Of a DNA stretch of 64,000 nt, positions 1-9,379 are shown piece by piece (position 1 is the stretch's first letter; every line of letters begins with the position of its first letter). The position numbers and the translations under genes are program-made. The DNA is from Abditibacterium sp. (lineage in GTDB: Bacteria > Armatimonadota > Abditibacteriia > Abditibacteriales > Abditibacteriaceae): contig CBDASK010000003.1 in the NCBI GenBank assembly GCA_965199495.1, positions 2,592,001-2,656,000 of the forward strand, read 5' to 3'. The notes under the pieces are model-generated. The model searched no databases and was not told the DNA's origin. It saw nothing but the letters and a program-made list of their open reading frames with translations.

Positions 1-266
1 CTATCGAATCGGAAGCGACAATTAATCAACTGCGTAACAAAGCTCACAACGATGTGGATATGACGAGTGGCGTGGATTTGAAATCGGCGGCGGCTCCGAG
101 AGACTGTCCGTCGTGCGGCGAGAAAGTCGCGGCGGGCAAAAAATTCTGCGGCGAGTGCGGCGCCAATATGCAATCGTCGGCCAAACCGCACTGTTTCGCG
201 TGCGATAAATACGGCGAGCCGGGTCAGAAGTTTTGCAGCGACTGCGGCGCACCGATGGATCCGTGA
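1..266 (+). CDS. 3' end of a protein with a C-terminal double zinc-ribbon domain (5' truncated by window edge)
   Basis: Frame is open from nt 3 (IESEATINQLRNK...). Four CxxC pairs: CPSC, CGEC, CFAC, CSDC. Confidence 0.75.
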   Translation, partial: IESEATINQLRNKAHNDVDMTSGVDLKSAAAPRDCPSCGEKVAAGKKFCGECGANMQSSAKPHCFACDKYGEPGQKFCSDCGAPMDP

Positions 267-282
267 TGTCTTATGACGGATG

Positions 283-1683
283 CTAAACCACGAATTCCGC
301 GTTCAATTCCTTGAACTCTTCGGCAAATCGCGAGTTGCGAAAGCGCCAGATATGCACGCGGCCATTGAAAACGTAGGTCGCGGGCGCCGATAAATCCGAG
401 CAGAAATCAGAGAGCATTTCTTCGGCGCGCGAGTTTTTCAAGGCGCCGTAACTCATGGCGCCGAAGTTCATTACAAGCGCGACCAGACACAGCAGTATCG
501 GCAGGAACGAACGGTTGGCGACCGAGAGAGCCACGCCGCCCATCGCTAAAATCAGGCTGCTGCCCATGCCCCAAAACGTGACTTTATCGCCCATTTTGGC
601 CGCGCGTTGATGCGTCGCACACGCTTCACATAGCGGCATCTGCCATTTGCCCGATGGCGAATTGAGTTGCCACTGCACCCCAGGCGCTTTTGCATAGCAA
701 CAGACGCAGCGCGCGGGCATTTCGGGTTGCTTTTTCGTCATCACGATGCGATACGAGCCGCGCGCGTGCGCTGCCAGTTGGGGCCGGTCGTTGGCGGGCG
801 GCGCGTCTGCGACAATAACCGGCGCACGAAACAATTCCAACAGTTCGGGCACGCTTTGCGGACGTTGAAGCGCATCAAGTTGCAAAGCGCTTTCGATGGC
901 ACCGCGCAATTGTGCATCGAGCTCGGGCTGCGATTGCGCAAGTGGTGTTAAATGGACACCCGCCGCACGGTCAACCGCCGACAGAGGCGCGGCTCCCGTC
1001 ACCAGATGATACAAAGTCGCGCCGAGGGCATAAACATCGGTCGCGGGCGAGAGCTTGGCGTGTTGCGCATATTGTTCGAGCGGCGCGTAACCCGGCGTGC
1101 CGATTTGCGCCGCAAGCGAAAGCGGTTGCGTGTTGAAATCGAGTTTTTCGCGCGGCACCAACAAATCGAAATCTACTAAAACCGGCGAGCCATCCACCAA
1201 AATCACGTTTTCGGGTTTCACATCCAAATGCAAAAAGCCCGCGCCGTGAATCGCGTTTAATGCGTCGGCCAACTTCTCGAAGCATTCGATGGCTCGCCGT
1301 GGCTGCATCGGCCCGTGCGCCTCGATCTCTTCCAGTAACGTCGGGCCTTCGAGTAAGGCCATCACCAAATAAGTCGTTTCGTTTTCGTCAAAAACGTCCA
1401 ACAACGCGACGATGGACGGATGAATTAACTCTTTCAAACGGTCGGCCTGATGGTGGAAAATGCGCCGAAACGCTTGCAGACAACCGCGCGCCGCGAAATC
1501 GGACGGCACGACGTTGCGTTCTTCGCGTTCGCAACCGGCGGGAAAGCATTCTTTGATGGCGACATCGCGTTCGTTGTGGAGGTCACGCGCGCGATAAGTC
1601 AGGCCAAAGCCGCCGCGCGCCAGAGGGCTTTCGATGCGGTAAGCGCCGTCACGGAGCGTAGTTTCGGGCGGAAGCGCGGACAT
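283..1683 (-). CDS. Hanks-type Ser/Thr protein kinase with C-terminal Cys-rich and two-TM region
   Basis: LARGGFGLTY, VAIKE, HLDVKPEN, GTPGYAPLEQ and DVYALG motifs; hydrophobic helices near the C-terminus. Confidence 0.9.
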   Translation of the reverse strand: MSALPPETTLRDGAYRIESPLARGGFGLTYRARDLHNERDVAIKECFPAGCEREERNVVPSDFAARGCLQAFRRIFHHQADRLKELIHPSIVALLDVFDENETTYLVMALLEGPTLLEEIEAHGPMQPRRAIECFEKLADALNAIHGAGFLHLDVKPENVILVDGSPVLVDFDLLVPREKLDFNTQPLSLAAQIGTPGYAPLEQYAQHAKLSPATDVYALGATLYHLVTGAAPLSAVDRAAGVHLTPLAQSQPELDAQLRGAIESALQLDALQRPQSVPELLELFRAPVIVADAPPANDRPQLAAHARGSYRIVMTKKQPEMPARCVCCYAKAPGVQWQLNSPSGKWQMPLCEACATHQRAAKMGDKVTFWGMGSSLILAMGGVALSVANRSFLPILLCLVALVMNFGAMSYGALKNSRAEEMLSDFCSDLSAPATYVFNGRVHIWRFRNSRFAEEFKELNAEFVV

Positions 1684-1747
1684 AAAACGGTGATTAAACG
1701 AGCGAGTTGAGCGATTCGTTGCGTTTGTTTCATAGCTTGAAAGCTAT

Positions 1748-1841
1748 GGCAGATGGCTGCGCCGGACGTGCTTCGCACTGAAATGAACACCAAGTGCGAA
1801 GCACGTTCGGCGCAGCCATCTGCCGTGGGCTTTAGCCCACG
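1748..1841. repeat. Intergenic long inverted repeat plus adjacent REP-like palindrome
   Basis: Arms 1748-1779 and 1793-1824 with one mismatch, followed by CGTGGGCTTTAGCCCACG. Confidence 0.8.
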
Positions 1842-1847
1842 AAATGC

Positions 1848-2603
1848 TCAAAACTTCAGATTCCACTCGTCGCGCCCATAACGTTCCCCAACCAATTCAT
1901 CCAACGCGCCCGCCGCAATCGTCTCCGCCGCTTCGCCCGCGCTCCACGCCTGACACAAAACGGCTTTAATATCAGCGCGCGAAACCGGCAAATTGCGAAT
2001 GAAATCGCGATGAGAACGGCGCGCGCGATAATCCGGTTCTTTCGACGGCGCGCGCAATAATCGCTGCACCAAATCTAAATCGAAATCCAATAAAATTGTG
2101 CCGTGAAACAAAAAATGGCGCGCCTTGCGCCGTTGCGCGTTGCCGGAAAACTTGAGGTTCCCGGTCGCCAAATCGGTATATCCGGCCACAGCCACGGCGA
2201 CGCCCAACAATTGTTCAAAGGCGGCGCGCTGCGTTTCCATGACCAATTTATTGGTCGCCTCGACATTCAAAGTTTCGCCCGGCGCAATCGAATGAATGAG
2301 CGCATAATTCAAACAACCCGGCCCCTGCAAAACGGTTCCGCCGCCCGAAACGCGGCGCAAAACCGGGACGTTTGCCGCCGCGCACGCGGACAAATTCGCC
2401 TCGATTTCGGCGCGGTTGGTGTAACCCAGCGCCACGAAATAGCAGGGCGATTCCCAGAAACGCAACGTCGCCGGGCGCGCGCCGTTTTCGGCTTGAATCA
2501 ACAGCCATTCGTCGGCGGCCAGATTACGCGCGGGCGTCGGGAAAGATTGATCGAGAAATTGCAAGGACACAGAGTTTAGAACGCCGTGGCTTGAGCTTTG
2601 CAT
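1848..2603 (-). CDS. Lipoate--protein ligase A / octanoyltransferase family protein
   Basis: NLAADE, RRVSGGGTV, KFSGNAQ and HGTIL motifs. Confidence 0.88.
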   Translation of the reverse strand: MQSSSHGVLNSVSLQFLDQSFPTPARNLAADEWLLIQAENGARPATLRFWESPCYFVALGYTNRAEIEANLSACAAANVPVLRRVSGGGTVLQGPGCLNYALIHSIAPGETLNVEATNKLVMETQRAAFEQLLGVAVAVAGYTDLATGNLKFSGNAQRRKARHFLFHGTILLDFDLDLVQRLLRAPSKEPDYRARRSHRDFIRNLPVSRADIKAVLCQAWSAGEAAETIAAGALDELVGERYGRDEWNLKF

Positions 2604-2617
2604 TTTGATTTGTTCTC

Positions 2618-3178
2618 ATGGCAAAACTTGATGGAAAACGCGTCGCGATTTTGGCGACCGATGGTTACGAACAATCCGAACTTACAGAGCCGCTGCAAGC
2701 CCTCAAAAACGCGGGCGCCCAAGTGCATATCGTTTCGCTCAAACCGGGCATTATTAAAGGTTGGAAAGACGAAAACTGGGGCGACAGCGTCAACGTGGAC
2801 TTCACGGTTGACGAGGCCAACGCCGCGCAATACGACGCTCTCGTGCTGCCCGGCGGCGTGATGAATCCCGACAAACTGCGCGTCAACGAGATGGCGGTTT
2901 CGTTTGTCACCGGCTTTTTCGAGCGCGGTTTGCCCGTCGGCGCGATTTGCCACGGCCCTTGGACTTTGATCAACGCGCAAGTCGTGGATGGCCGCACGCT
3001 GACGAGTTGGCCTTCGCTGCAACAAGATTTGGAAAACGCGGGCGCGACCTGGGTGGACGAAGAAGTCGTGTGCGACCAAGGTTTGGTGACCAGCCGCAAA
3101 CCCGCCGATTTGCCCGCGTTTTGCGACAAGCTCGTCGAAGAAATCGCCGAAGGTTTCCACGAAGGCCAAACGGCTTAA
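2618..3178 (+). CDS. PfpI/DJ-1 family protein (type 1 glutamine amidotransferase-like)
   Basis: ILATDGYEQSE, LPGG, AICHGPW and LVTSRKPADL motifs. Confidence 0.93.
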   Translation: MAKLDGKRVAILATDGYEQSELTEPLQALKNAGAQVHIVSLKPGIIKGWKDENWGDSVNVDFTVDEANAAQYDALVLPGGVMNPDKLRVNEMAVSFVTGFFERGLPVGAICHGPWTLINAQVVDGRTLTSWPSLQQDLENAGATWVDEEVVCDQGLVTSRKPADLPAFCDKLVEEIAEGFHEGQTA

Positions 3179-3194
3179 CTGGCGAAAATCATCC

Positions 3195-3235
3195 AAGACC
3201 TCGCAACAACTTTCCCGTTGTCGCGAGGTCTTTTT
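3195..3235 (+). terminator. Probable intrinsic terminator
   Basis: AAGACCTCGC...GCGAGGTC stem followed by TTTTT, downstream of the PfpI gene. Confidence 0.6.
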
Positions 3236-3239
3236 GCGT

Positions 3240-3932
3240 ATGAAAACCGTTTATTTTCTGTTTGGCGCCCTTGCATTTGCGCCGTGTTATGCCGCCGTGG
3301 CTGATGTTGCGGCGCCAGTCTCCGCCGAAACCGCGCAACGCGAACGCGATGCAACGGCGGCGGCGTTGGTGCGGTTAATTTCGGCCCGTTTGGACAATGA
3401 TTTCTGGCGCGTGGATTATCAGCCACAATTTGATTTGATCGAGGTGCAAAGCCGCAAACCAGACTGGGTTATGCCCGGAGTTCTTATCAATAGTCCGCCG
3501 CTTGATAGAATAAAACCAGAATTGATTAATTTCGGTTTTTCGCTGCGAGTCAAACCTTTGGTCTCGCCCGCAGACTACGCGCGTTTTCAATCTGGAAATG
3601 CCGCAATTCACATGCAGTTGGCACAGATGCAAAAGCAAATGAAAGACATTGGCCACAAATGCGATTCGTATTTGCCCAAGGACGCGGCGGAAAAAAAACG
3701 CGTTGATGCGTATAACAATGCCAAAGACAACATCCATTCTTTGCCACTTTTTTACTTCCGCGACCTGAGTCTGTCTCTCGTTTATTACGACGGGCAGCCA
3801 GTGTTTGAAAGCGCCAGATTGTTCGATCCCAACGTCCAACCTTACGAGCCACCTCCGTGGCAACTAAAGCAAAAAGCGGCGGCGCTTGCGGTGGCAGAAA
3901 TTGTGAGGCGCTACGAGACCCCAATAAAATGA
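3240..3932 (+). CDS. Hypothetical exported protein
   Basis: ORF with an N-terminal signal peptide (MKTVYFLFGALAFAPCYA); no recognisable domain. Confidence 0.65.
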   Translation: MKTVYFLFGALAFAPCYAAVADVAAPVSAETAQRERDATAAALVRLISARLDNDFWRVDYQPQFDLIEVQSRKPDWVMPGVLINSPPLDRIKPELINFGFSLRVKPLVSPADYARFQSGNAAIHMQLAQMQKQMKDIGHKCDSYLPKDAAEKKRVDAYNNAKDNIHSLPLFYFRDLSLSLVYYDGQPVFESARLFDPNVQPYEPPPWQLKQKAAALAVAEIVRRYETPIK

Positions 3933-3951
3933 ATCGGGCAAACTCGCAGGG

Positions 3952-4530
3952 ATGCAAACGCAAACCAATTCCCCAATTCAATCCGAGCGTCAGAAAATGC
4001 TGGCGGGCGAACTTTATCTCGCCTCCGACCCCGAACTGACGAAAATGCGCGAGCGCGCCCGCCAAATCACGCGCGCATACAACTCGACCATCGAAACCGA
4101 ACGCGATTTGCGGCGCACCTTGCTCAATCGCTTGCTGGGCCAAATGCCGCCCAAACTCGAAATCGAGCCGCCGTTTCGCTGCGACTACGGCACCAACATT
4201 TATATCGGTCAGAATTTCTACGCCAACTTCGGCGTCGTTATGCTCGATTGCGCCGCCATTCACATCGGTGAAAACGTGATGCTCGCGCCCAACGTGCAGC
4301 TTTACACGGCTTATCATCCGCTCGACGTGGCTGTGCGCATTAGCGGCCTCGAAGCGGCGTCGCCCATCACCATCGGCGACAACGTGTGGATTGGCGGTGG
4401 CTCCATCGTGTTGCCGGGCGTGACGATTGGCGAGAATTCGGTTATCGGCGCGGGTAGCGTCGTGACCAAAGATATTCCGGCCAATGTGGTGGCTGTCGGC
4501 AATCCATGCCGCGTGATTCGCGAACTTTGA
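3952..4530 (+). CDS. maa: Maltose/galactoside O-acetyltransferase
   Basis: KMLAGELY, IEPPFRCDYG, hexapeptide repeats and GNPCRVIR. Confidence 0.9.
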   Translation: MQTQTNSPIQSERQKMLAGELYLASDPELTKMRERARQITRAYNSTIETERDLRRTLLNRLLGQMPPKLEIEPPFRCDYGTNIYIGQNFYANFGVVMLDCAAIHIGENVMLAPNVQLYTAYHPLDVAVRISGLEAASPITIGDNVWIGGGSIVLPGVTIGENSVIGAGSVVTKDIPANVVAVGNPCRVIREL

Positions 4531-4752
4531 AATTGCGATTTTATCGTGGGGACAAACGGACTGCCGTTTGTCCCACCAAATTCAAAGGGGAAACTAAGGC
4601 GAAAGTTCGCTGTGATTCTGGCTCTAAGTGGCTGATAAAACTCTCAGAGTTTTGCTTTTTGGGGCGTCATCGGCTATCCTACAACTGAAAAATCGAACTT
4701 AATCGGCGATTCTTCGTTTTGTTTTACCCCGCTTCGGCGAGGAATCCTTTTC

Positions 4753-6474
4753 ATGCAAATTAGTTTTAATCGCTCTAAAAGTTCGCTCGTTCTCGCTGCT
4801 GTGGGAGTTTTTTGCTGCGCCTCTCTGGCGAGCGCGGCGCCCGGTTCGCTGGGTGGCCCCGAAGCCAATCTGGCCGATGGCGGAATCAATCGCAAAATTG
4901 AGACCAAAACCACAACGCCCGCGCCGACTTACCAATCTAACGCGCAGACGCGGCCCTCGACCAACGTGCCGCCCTCCGGCCAACCGTTCGTGCCGGGCGT
5001 TGATTATTCCAGCGCGACAGACAAAGGTGGCACCCTCGCGCAGCCACCGGCAGCGCTTGGCCCGGCTCCGTTCGATCTGGGCAAAATCAAGCGCATGCAA
5101 ATCGGTAACTATTCGATTCGCGAACAACCGCTACGCGTCGGCAACCTCGATGTGTTGGCGCCCTTGGTCGAAGAGTTGCCGATGGTCGGCGCGACGGTGA
5201 CCAGCGCCGATCCGCGCAATATGCCCGGCAATCTCAACACGCCGACCAATGCGCAATATTTTCAGATCAACCTGCCGCGCGGCGAGCCAATCGTGATGTC
5301 GGCGGGCAGCGCCGTGGCTTATGTCGGCGGCAACGAAGTCACCCTGCGCGCCGCGCCTCTGGTGATTGACCGCCAAATCTGGCTGCCGGTTTTCTCGATT
5401 GCGCCTTTGATGGGCGCCGCCACGCGTTTGAATCCACAGGGCACGCTTTATCTTTCGCCCACGATTCAGAGTGTCGAATTGTTCCCGGTCAACGATACCA
5501 TCGCCGTCACCATCAAGGCTTCGATGCCGGTGCCGCGCAATGCCTATAAAATTACGCAGATAGACGGCGCCAACCCCAAAACTCTGATCGAGTTCGACGG
5601 TTTTTCAATGGGTTTTGACGCCGGAAATTCGACGATGGAACGTTTGGTCGCGCCCGGTCGCAATCAGGTCAAAGGCGTGCGCGCCGCGCAGGGCGAATTT
5701 TTCCCCGACAAAACGCGCGTGGTTATTGACTACAAATCGTCGCTCGATGCGACGGTGCAAAAGGTCAGCGACCCCACAATTTTCGCTCTCGTTCTGACGC
5801 CGCCCAGCAAAGCGCCGCTCGTATTGCCACCCGATCAATTCGATCCCGCTCCGCCCATTGCCAACCCGGCGGCGCCCTACGATCCCGTCACCACTATAAA
5901 CCCGATTGGCAAACCTTTGCAGGGTTTGACAATTGTGATTGACGCCGGACACGGCGGCCACGATACCGGCGCGCCCGGCCTTAAATCGCTCGAAAAACAA
6001 GATACGCTCGCCATCGCCAAAAATTTGCAACGCATTCTGGTCGAGCGCGGCGCCAACGCGTTGCTCTCGCGCAGCAATGATACTTACATTACGCTGCAAG
6101 GCCGCGTTGATTTCGCGCAAAGCCGCAACGCTGATTTGTTCATTTCGATTCACATGAACTCGTCGCCCAGTTCGGCTTCCAACGGCACCGAGACCTTCTT
6201 TTACACTTCGCAATCGCAGTTTTTGGCGCGCGAAATCCACAAAGAGTTCATCGGAGCCACGGGCCGCAAAAGTCGTGGCGTTTCGCAGGCGCGCTTCTAC
6301 GTGATTCGCAAAACCACGATGCCTTCGGTTTTGCTCGAATGCGCGTTTATTTCCAACCCGACCGAAGAAAACCTCGCGCTCACTACGGCGTGGCGCGAAC
6401 GCGTCGCGCAGGGCGTAACGCGCGGCGTGATAAATTACGTCGAACATTATGGCGCCACCGGACGCCGAGGCTAA
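4753..6474 (+). CDS. N-acetylmuramoyl-L-alanine amidase (Amidase_3) with N-terminal stalk/AMIN-like region
   Basis: Signal peptide; IDAGHGGHD, FISIHMN and SVLLECAFISN motifs. Confidence 0.92.
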   Translation: MQISFNRSKSSLVLAAVGVFCCASLASAAPGSLGGPEANLADGGINRKIETKTTTPAPTYQSNAQTRPSTNVPPSGQPFVPGVDYSSATDKGGTLAQPPAALGPAPFDLGKIKRMQIGNYSIREQPLRVGNLDVLAPLVEELPMVGATVTSADPRNMPGNLNTPTNAQYFQINLPRGEPIVMSAGSAVAYVGGNEVTLRAAPLVIDRQIWLPVFSIAPLMGAATRLNPQGTLYLSPTIQSVELFPVNDTIAVTIKASMPVPRNAYKITQIDGANPKTLIEFDGFSMGFDAGNSTMERLVAPGRNQVKGVRAAQGEFFPDKTRVVIDYKSSLDATVQKVSDPTIFALVLTPPSKAPLVLPPDQFDPAPPIANPAAPYDPVTTINPIGKPLQGLTIVIDAGHGGHDTGAPGLKSLEKQDTLAIAKNLQRILVERGANALLSRSNDTYITLQGRVDFAQSRNADLFISIHMNSSPSSASNGTETFFYTSQSQFLAREIHKEFIGATGRKSRGVSQARFYVIRKTTMPSVLLECAFISNPTEENLALTTAWRERVAQGVTRGVINYVEHYGATGRRG

Positions 6475-6561
6475 ACCCCGTAACCACGAACCAAAGGCTC
6501 AAGAAGAACGGCGCCCGCCTTTTTTCTTGAGCCTTTATCGTTTATCCTTCTCTTAATCCCC

Positions 6562-7206
6562 GTGAAAAATATTCCTCTTTCCCGCATTCCGCTCGCGCTG
6601 GGCGCTTTATGTTGCGCTCTGGCGCTCGCCTCGTGTTCGTCTAACACTTCGACCAGCACTTCCACCGAAAATCTCGTGGATGCCAATTCCATCACCGACA
6701 ATGCAGCCACCGACAATGCAGCCACCGCCAACGCGACCGACACCAACGCAGCGCCGACGGTGAAATTTTCGTCGCTCGAAACGATTTACGTGCCGGGCAA
6801 AGACGACCTGTTGCACGAAACCAAAGTCTCGCGCATGGCGATGGATTCGCAGCTCAAAAGCGGCGACCCCGCCGCACCCGGTTTGCAGGAAATTATCGAG
6901 AAATCGCCGCTTTATTTCCCCAAAGGCGCCAAGATTAACAGCACAACGCAAACCGACAAAGGCATGAACGTTGACCTCAACAAAGACTTCGCTGATGACG
7001 AATTTTGGCGCAGCAAGGGCGAAAAAACCACCGAATTGGCGGTTTATGCCCTCGTCAATAGCGCCGCCAAAACCACGGGCGCGCAGGGCACCAGCGAGCC
7101 GCAACCGGTCACTTTTACCATCGAGAAAAAGCCCGCCGAAACTTTGGGCGAGTTCGCCGTTGATGGCGCCATCGAGCCGCAAATGCGTTTGGTTGCCCCT
7201 AAATAA
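6562..7206 (+). CDS. GerMN-domain lipoprotein
   Basis: Lipobox LASC; VDLNKDF...ELAVYALVNS; lies between amidase and murI; 15-nt tandem repeats (TDNAA) near 6693-6740. Confidence 0.75.
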   Translation: MKNIPLSRIPLALGALCCALALASCSSNTSTSTSTENLVDANSITDNAATDNAATANATDTNAAPTVKFSSLETIYVPGKDDLLHETKVSRMAMDSQLKSGDPAAPGLQEIIEKSPLYFPKGAKINSTTQTDKGMNVDLNKDFADDEFWRSKGEKTTELAVYALVNSAAKTTGAQGTSEPQPVTFTIEKKPAETLGEFAVDGAIEPQMRLVAPK

Positions 7207-8004
7207 ATGGCGCCCGATTTCACTCCCTTGACAATTGGCATTCGCGATTCGGGCGTCGGCGGCCTGACCGTGGCGCGCCGCGTGTTGGAATGTTTGCCCG
7301 GTGCGAATTTAGTTTATTTCGCCGATACCGCGCACGTTCCCTACGGCGACAAAACGCCCGCGCAGGTGCGCCACTACGCGCTTTCAATCTCGCGTTTTTT
7401 GATTGCTCAGGGCGCGCAAATGCTGGTTTTTGCCTGTAACACGACATCGGCTTTGGCTTTGGATACGGCCCGTGGCTGCTTCGACGTGCCGATCTTTGGC
7501 GTGATTCGTCCCGGCGCGCGCGTCGCTGCAAATTTATCGCAAGGTAAAGTCGGCGTTTTGGCGACGGCGGCGACGGTGCAAACCCGCGTTTACACGCGCG
7601 TTTTGCAAGAATACCGCGCCGATTTGCAGGTCGAAGAGATCGGCTGCCCGGCGTTTGTGCCGCTCGTAGAAGCGCACCAAACCGAAAGTATCGAGGCTCT
7701 CGAAGCGTGCAAACATTATCTGGCGCCGCTAAAGCGTTGGGGAGCCGATACCGTCGTTTTGGGCTGCACGCATTATCCGCTTTTGTTGCCCGCGTTGCAA
7801 CGCGTCGCGCCCGAAATTCGCTTCGTTGACCCGGCGCAGGCCGTCGCGCAGGAAGTCGCCGCCAGCGTGAAAAATGGGCCGAACGGCGCGGGCACCCATC
7901 GCTTTTTCGTATCGGGCGAAAAAGCGGGCGTCGGGCCGTGGATCGAAAGTTTGTTGAAAATTGGAAATCCTCTTTTGGAAGACGGGCCGATTTTCGATTT
8001 GTAA
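7207..8004 (+). CDS. murI: Glutamate racemase
   Basis: DSGVGGLTV, PYG, ACNT and LGCTHYP motifs. Confidence 0.96.
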   Translation: MAPDFTPLTIGIRDSGVGGLTVARRVLECLPGANLVYFADTAHVPYGDKTPAQVRHYALSISRFLIAQGAQMLVFACNTTSALALDTARGCFDVPIFGVIRPGARVAANLSQGKVGVLATAATVQTRVYTRVLQEYRADLQVEEIGCPAFVPLVEAHQTESIEALEACKHYLAPLKRWGADTVVLGCTHYPLLLPALQRVAPEIRFVDPAQAVAQEVAASVKNGPNGAGTHRFFVSGEKAGVGPWIESLLKIGNPLLEDGPIFDL

Positions 8005-8008
8005 AACG

Positions 8009-8141
8009 TGCTTTGCGTCCCGTAGAGACACCGACCGGGTGTCCCTTGGGCGGACGTCTAAAAAGTAGAAATTGCTTTCACGAGAGAGCGAATTTTACGT
8101 TTTAGACGCGATAAATCGCCGTCTCTACGGGACGCAAAGCA
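8009..8141. repeat. GTAG-REP doublet (REPIN-like), family A, asymmetric copy
   Basis: GTAGAGAC...GTCTCTAC arms with outer TGCTTTGCGTCCC inverted flanks; left arm is the long form, right arm the short form. Confidence 0.85.
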
Positions 8142-8150
8142 AATACTCTA

Positions 8151-9149
8151 ATGCGATCTTCACAAATTCGCGGCGCGATGTTGGGTTTGCTCGTCGGCGA
8201 CGCATTGGGCGTGCCCTACGAATTTTCGCCGCCCGCCAAACTGCCGCCGCGCGCACAACTCGAAATGACGCCGCCCAACACTTGGCTGCCCGCGCATTTC
8301 GTCGCCAACGGCACATGGAGCGACGATGGAGCCACGGCGCTGGCCTTGACCGATTCGTTGCTCGATTGCGACGGTTTAAATTTAGAAGATTTGGCCCTCA
8401 AACTCGCCGATTGGCAGGATGACGGGCGCTATGCCGTAGACGCAAATGTCTTCGATATTGGCATCACGACATCCGAAGCCATCGGACGTTTTCGGTCGGG
8501 CGTCGCGGCGCGCGAGGCCGGGCCAGATAACGAAATGGCGAACGGCAACGGCAGTTTGATGCGCGTTTTGCCGCTCGCGCTATGGCATCGCGGCGACGAC
8601 GAAAATTTGGCGCGCGACGCGATGGCGCAATCGCTGGTGACGCACGGCCATGTGCGCGCGCAGTTGTGTTGCGCGCTGTTTTGCCTGTGGGCGCGTCGCA
8701 TCGGAAATGGCAACGCCAGTGAAATCGCGTGGGCTGATGCGACACAAACGTTGCGTGAATTATTACCCGTTTTGTGTCGCGCCGCCAATCCCCTTGACGA
8801 AAACGACGAGCCGTTGCAAAAGTTGATGAAGCAAGTCGCGCTGGAATCTTGGGAAAGCGAACTCGAATTTCACATTCGTCCCGCCGACGAAATTCCGGGA
8901 CGCGGTAGCGGCTACGTCGTGGATTGTCTGCGCAGCGTGCGCGATGCTTTGCGCGAACCGGATTACGAAGCCGTCGTGAAAACTGCGATTGGTCTGGGCC
9001 ACGATACCGACACAACCGCGTGCATCGCGGGCGGCGTGGCTGGTCTGCGTGATGGCGTGAAAGTGATTCCTGTGCGCTGGCGTAATGCGTTGCGCGGACG
9101 CGAAATTTGTAATCCGATTATCGAGAGATTGGTGGAATCGCGGTTATAA
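8151..9149 (+). CDS. ADP-ribosylglycohydrolase family protein
   Basis: GDALGVPYE, WSDD, GNGSLMR and DTDTTACIAG motifs. Confidence 0.93.
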   Translation: MRSSQIRGAMLGLLVGDALGVPYEFSPPAKLPPRAQLEMTPPNTWLPAHFVANGTWSDDGATALALTDSLLDCDGLNLEDLALKLADWQDDGRYAVDANVFDIGITTSEAIGRFRSGVAAREAGPDNEMANGNGSLMRVLPLALWHRGDDENLARDAMAQSLVTHGHVRAQLCCALFCLWARRIGNGNASEIAWADATQTLRELLPVLCRAANPLDENDEPLQKLMKQVALESWESELEFHIRPADEIPGRGSGYVVDCLRSVRDALREPDYEAVVKTAIGLGHDTDTTACIAGGVAGLRDGVKVIPVRWRNALRGREICNPIIERLVESRL

Positions 9150-9154
9150 ATTTA

Positions 9155-9349
9155 GGAGTTACGCATTTGGCCCACGTTTGTCATTTCGAGCGGAGCCGAG
9201 AAATCTTGCGCCCGCGCGGCAGCGCCGTTCAAGCGGTTTTCGCTTTCAAAGCTATCTATGACTTCCGCTGGCGCAGGGCCGAAAGATTTCTGCCGCTCAG
9301 GGGGCACCCGGCGCTCGAAATGACAAATTGGAGCCAACTGCGTAACTCC
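9155..9349. mobile_element. MITE-like element with GGAGTTACGCA termini enclosing a GTCATTTCGAGC palindrome
   Basis: Terminal IRs at 9155-9165 and 9339-9349; inner IR TTTGTCATTTCGAGCG...CGCTCGAAATGACAAA. Confidence 0.65.
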
Positions 9350-9379
9350 CAAAATTGTTTGCTCTAAATCACGCTTTAT

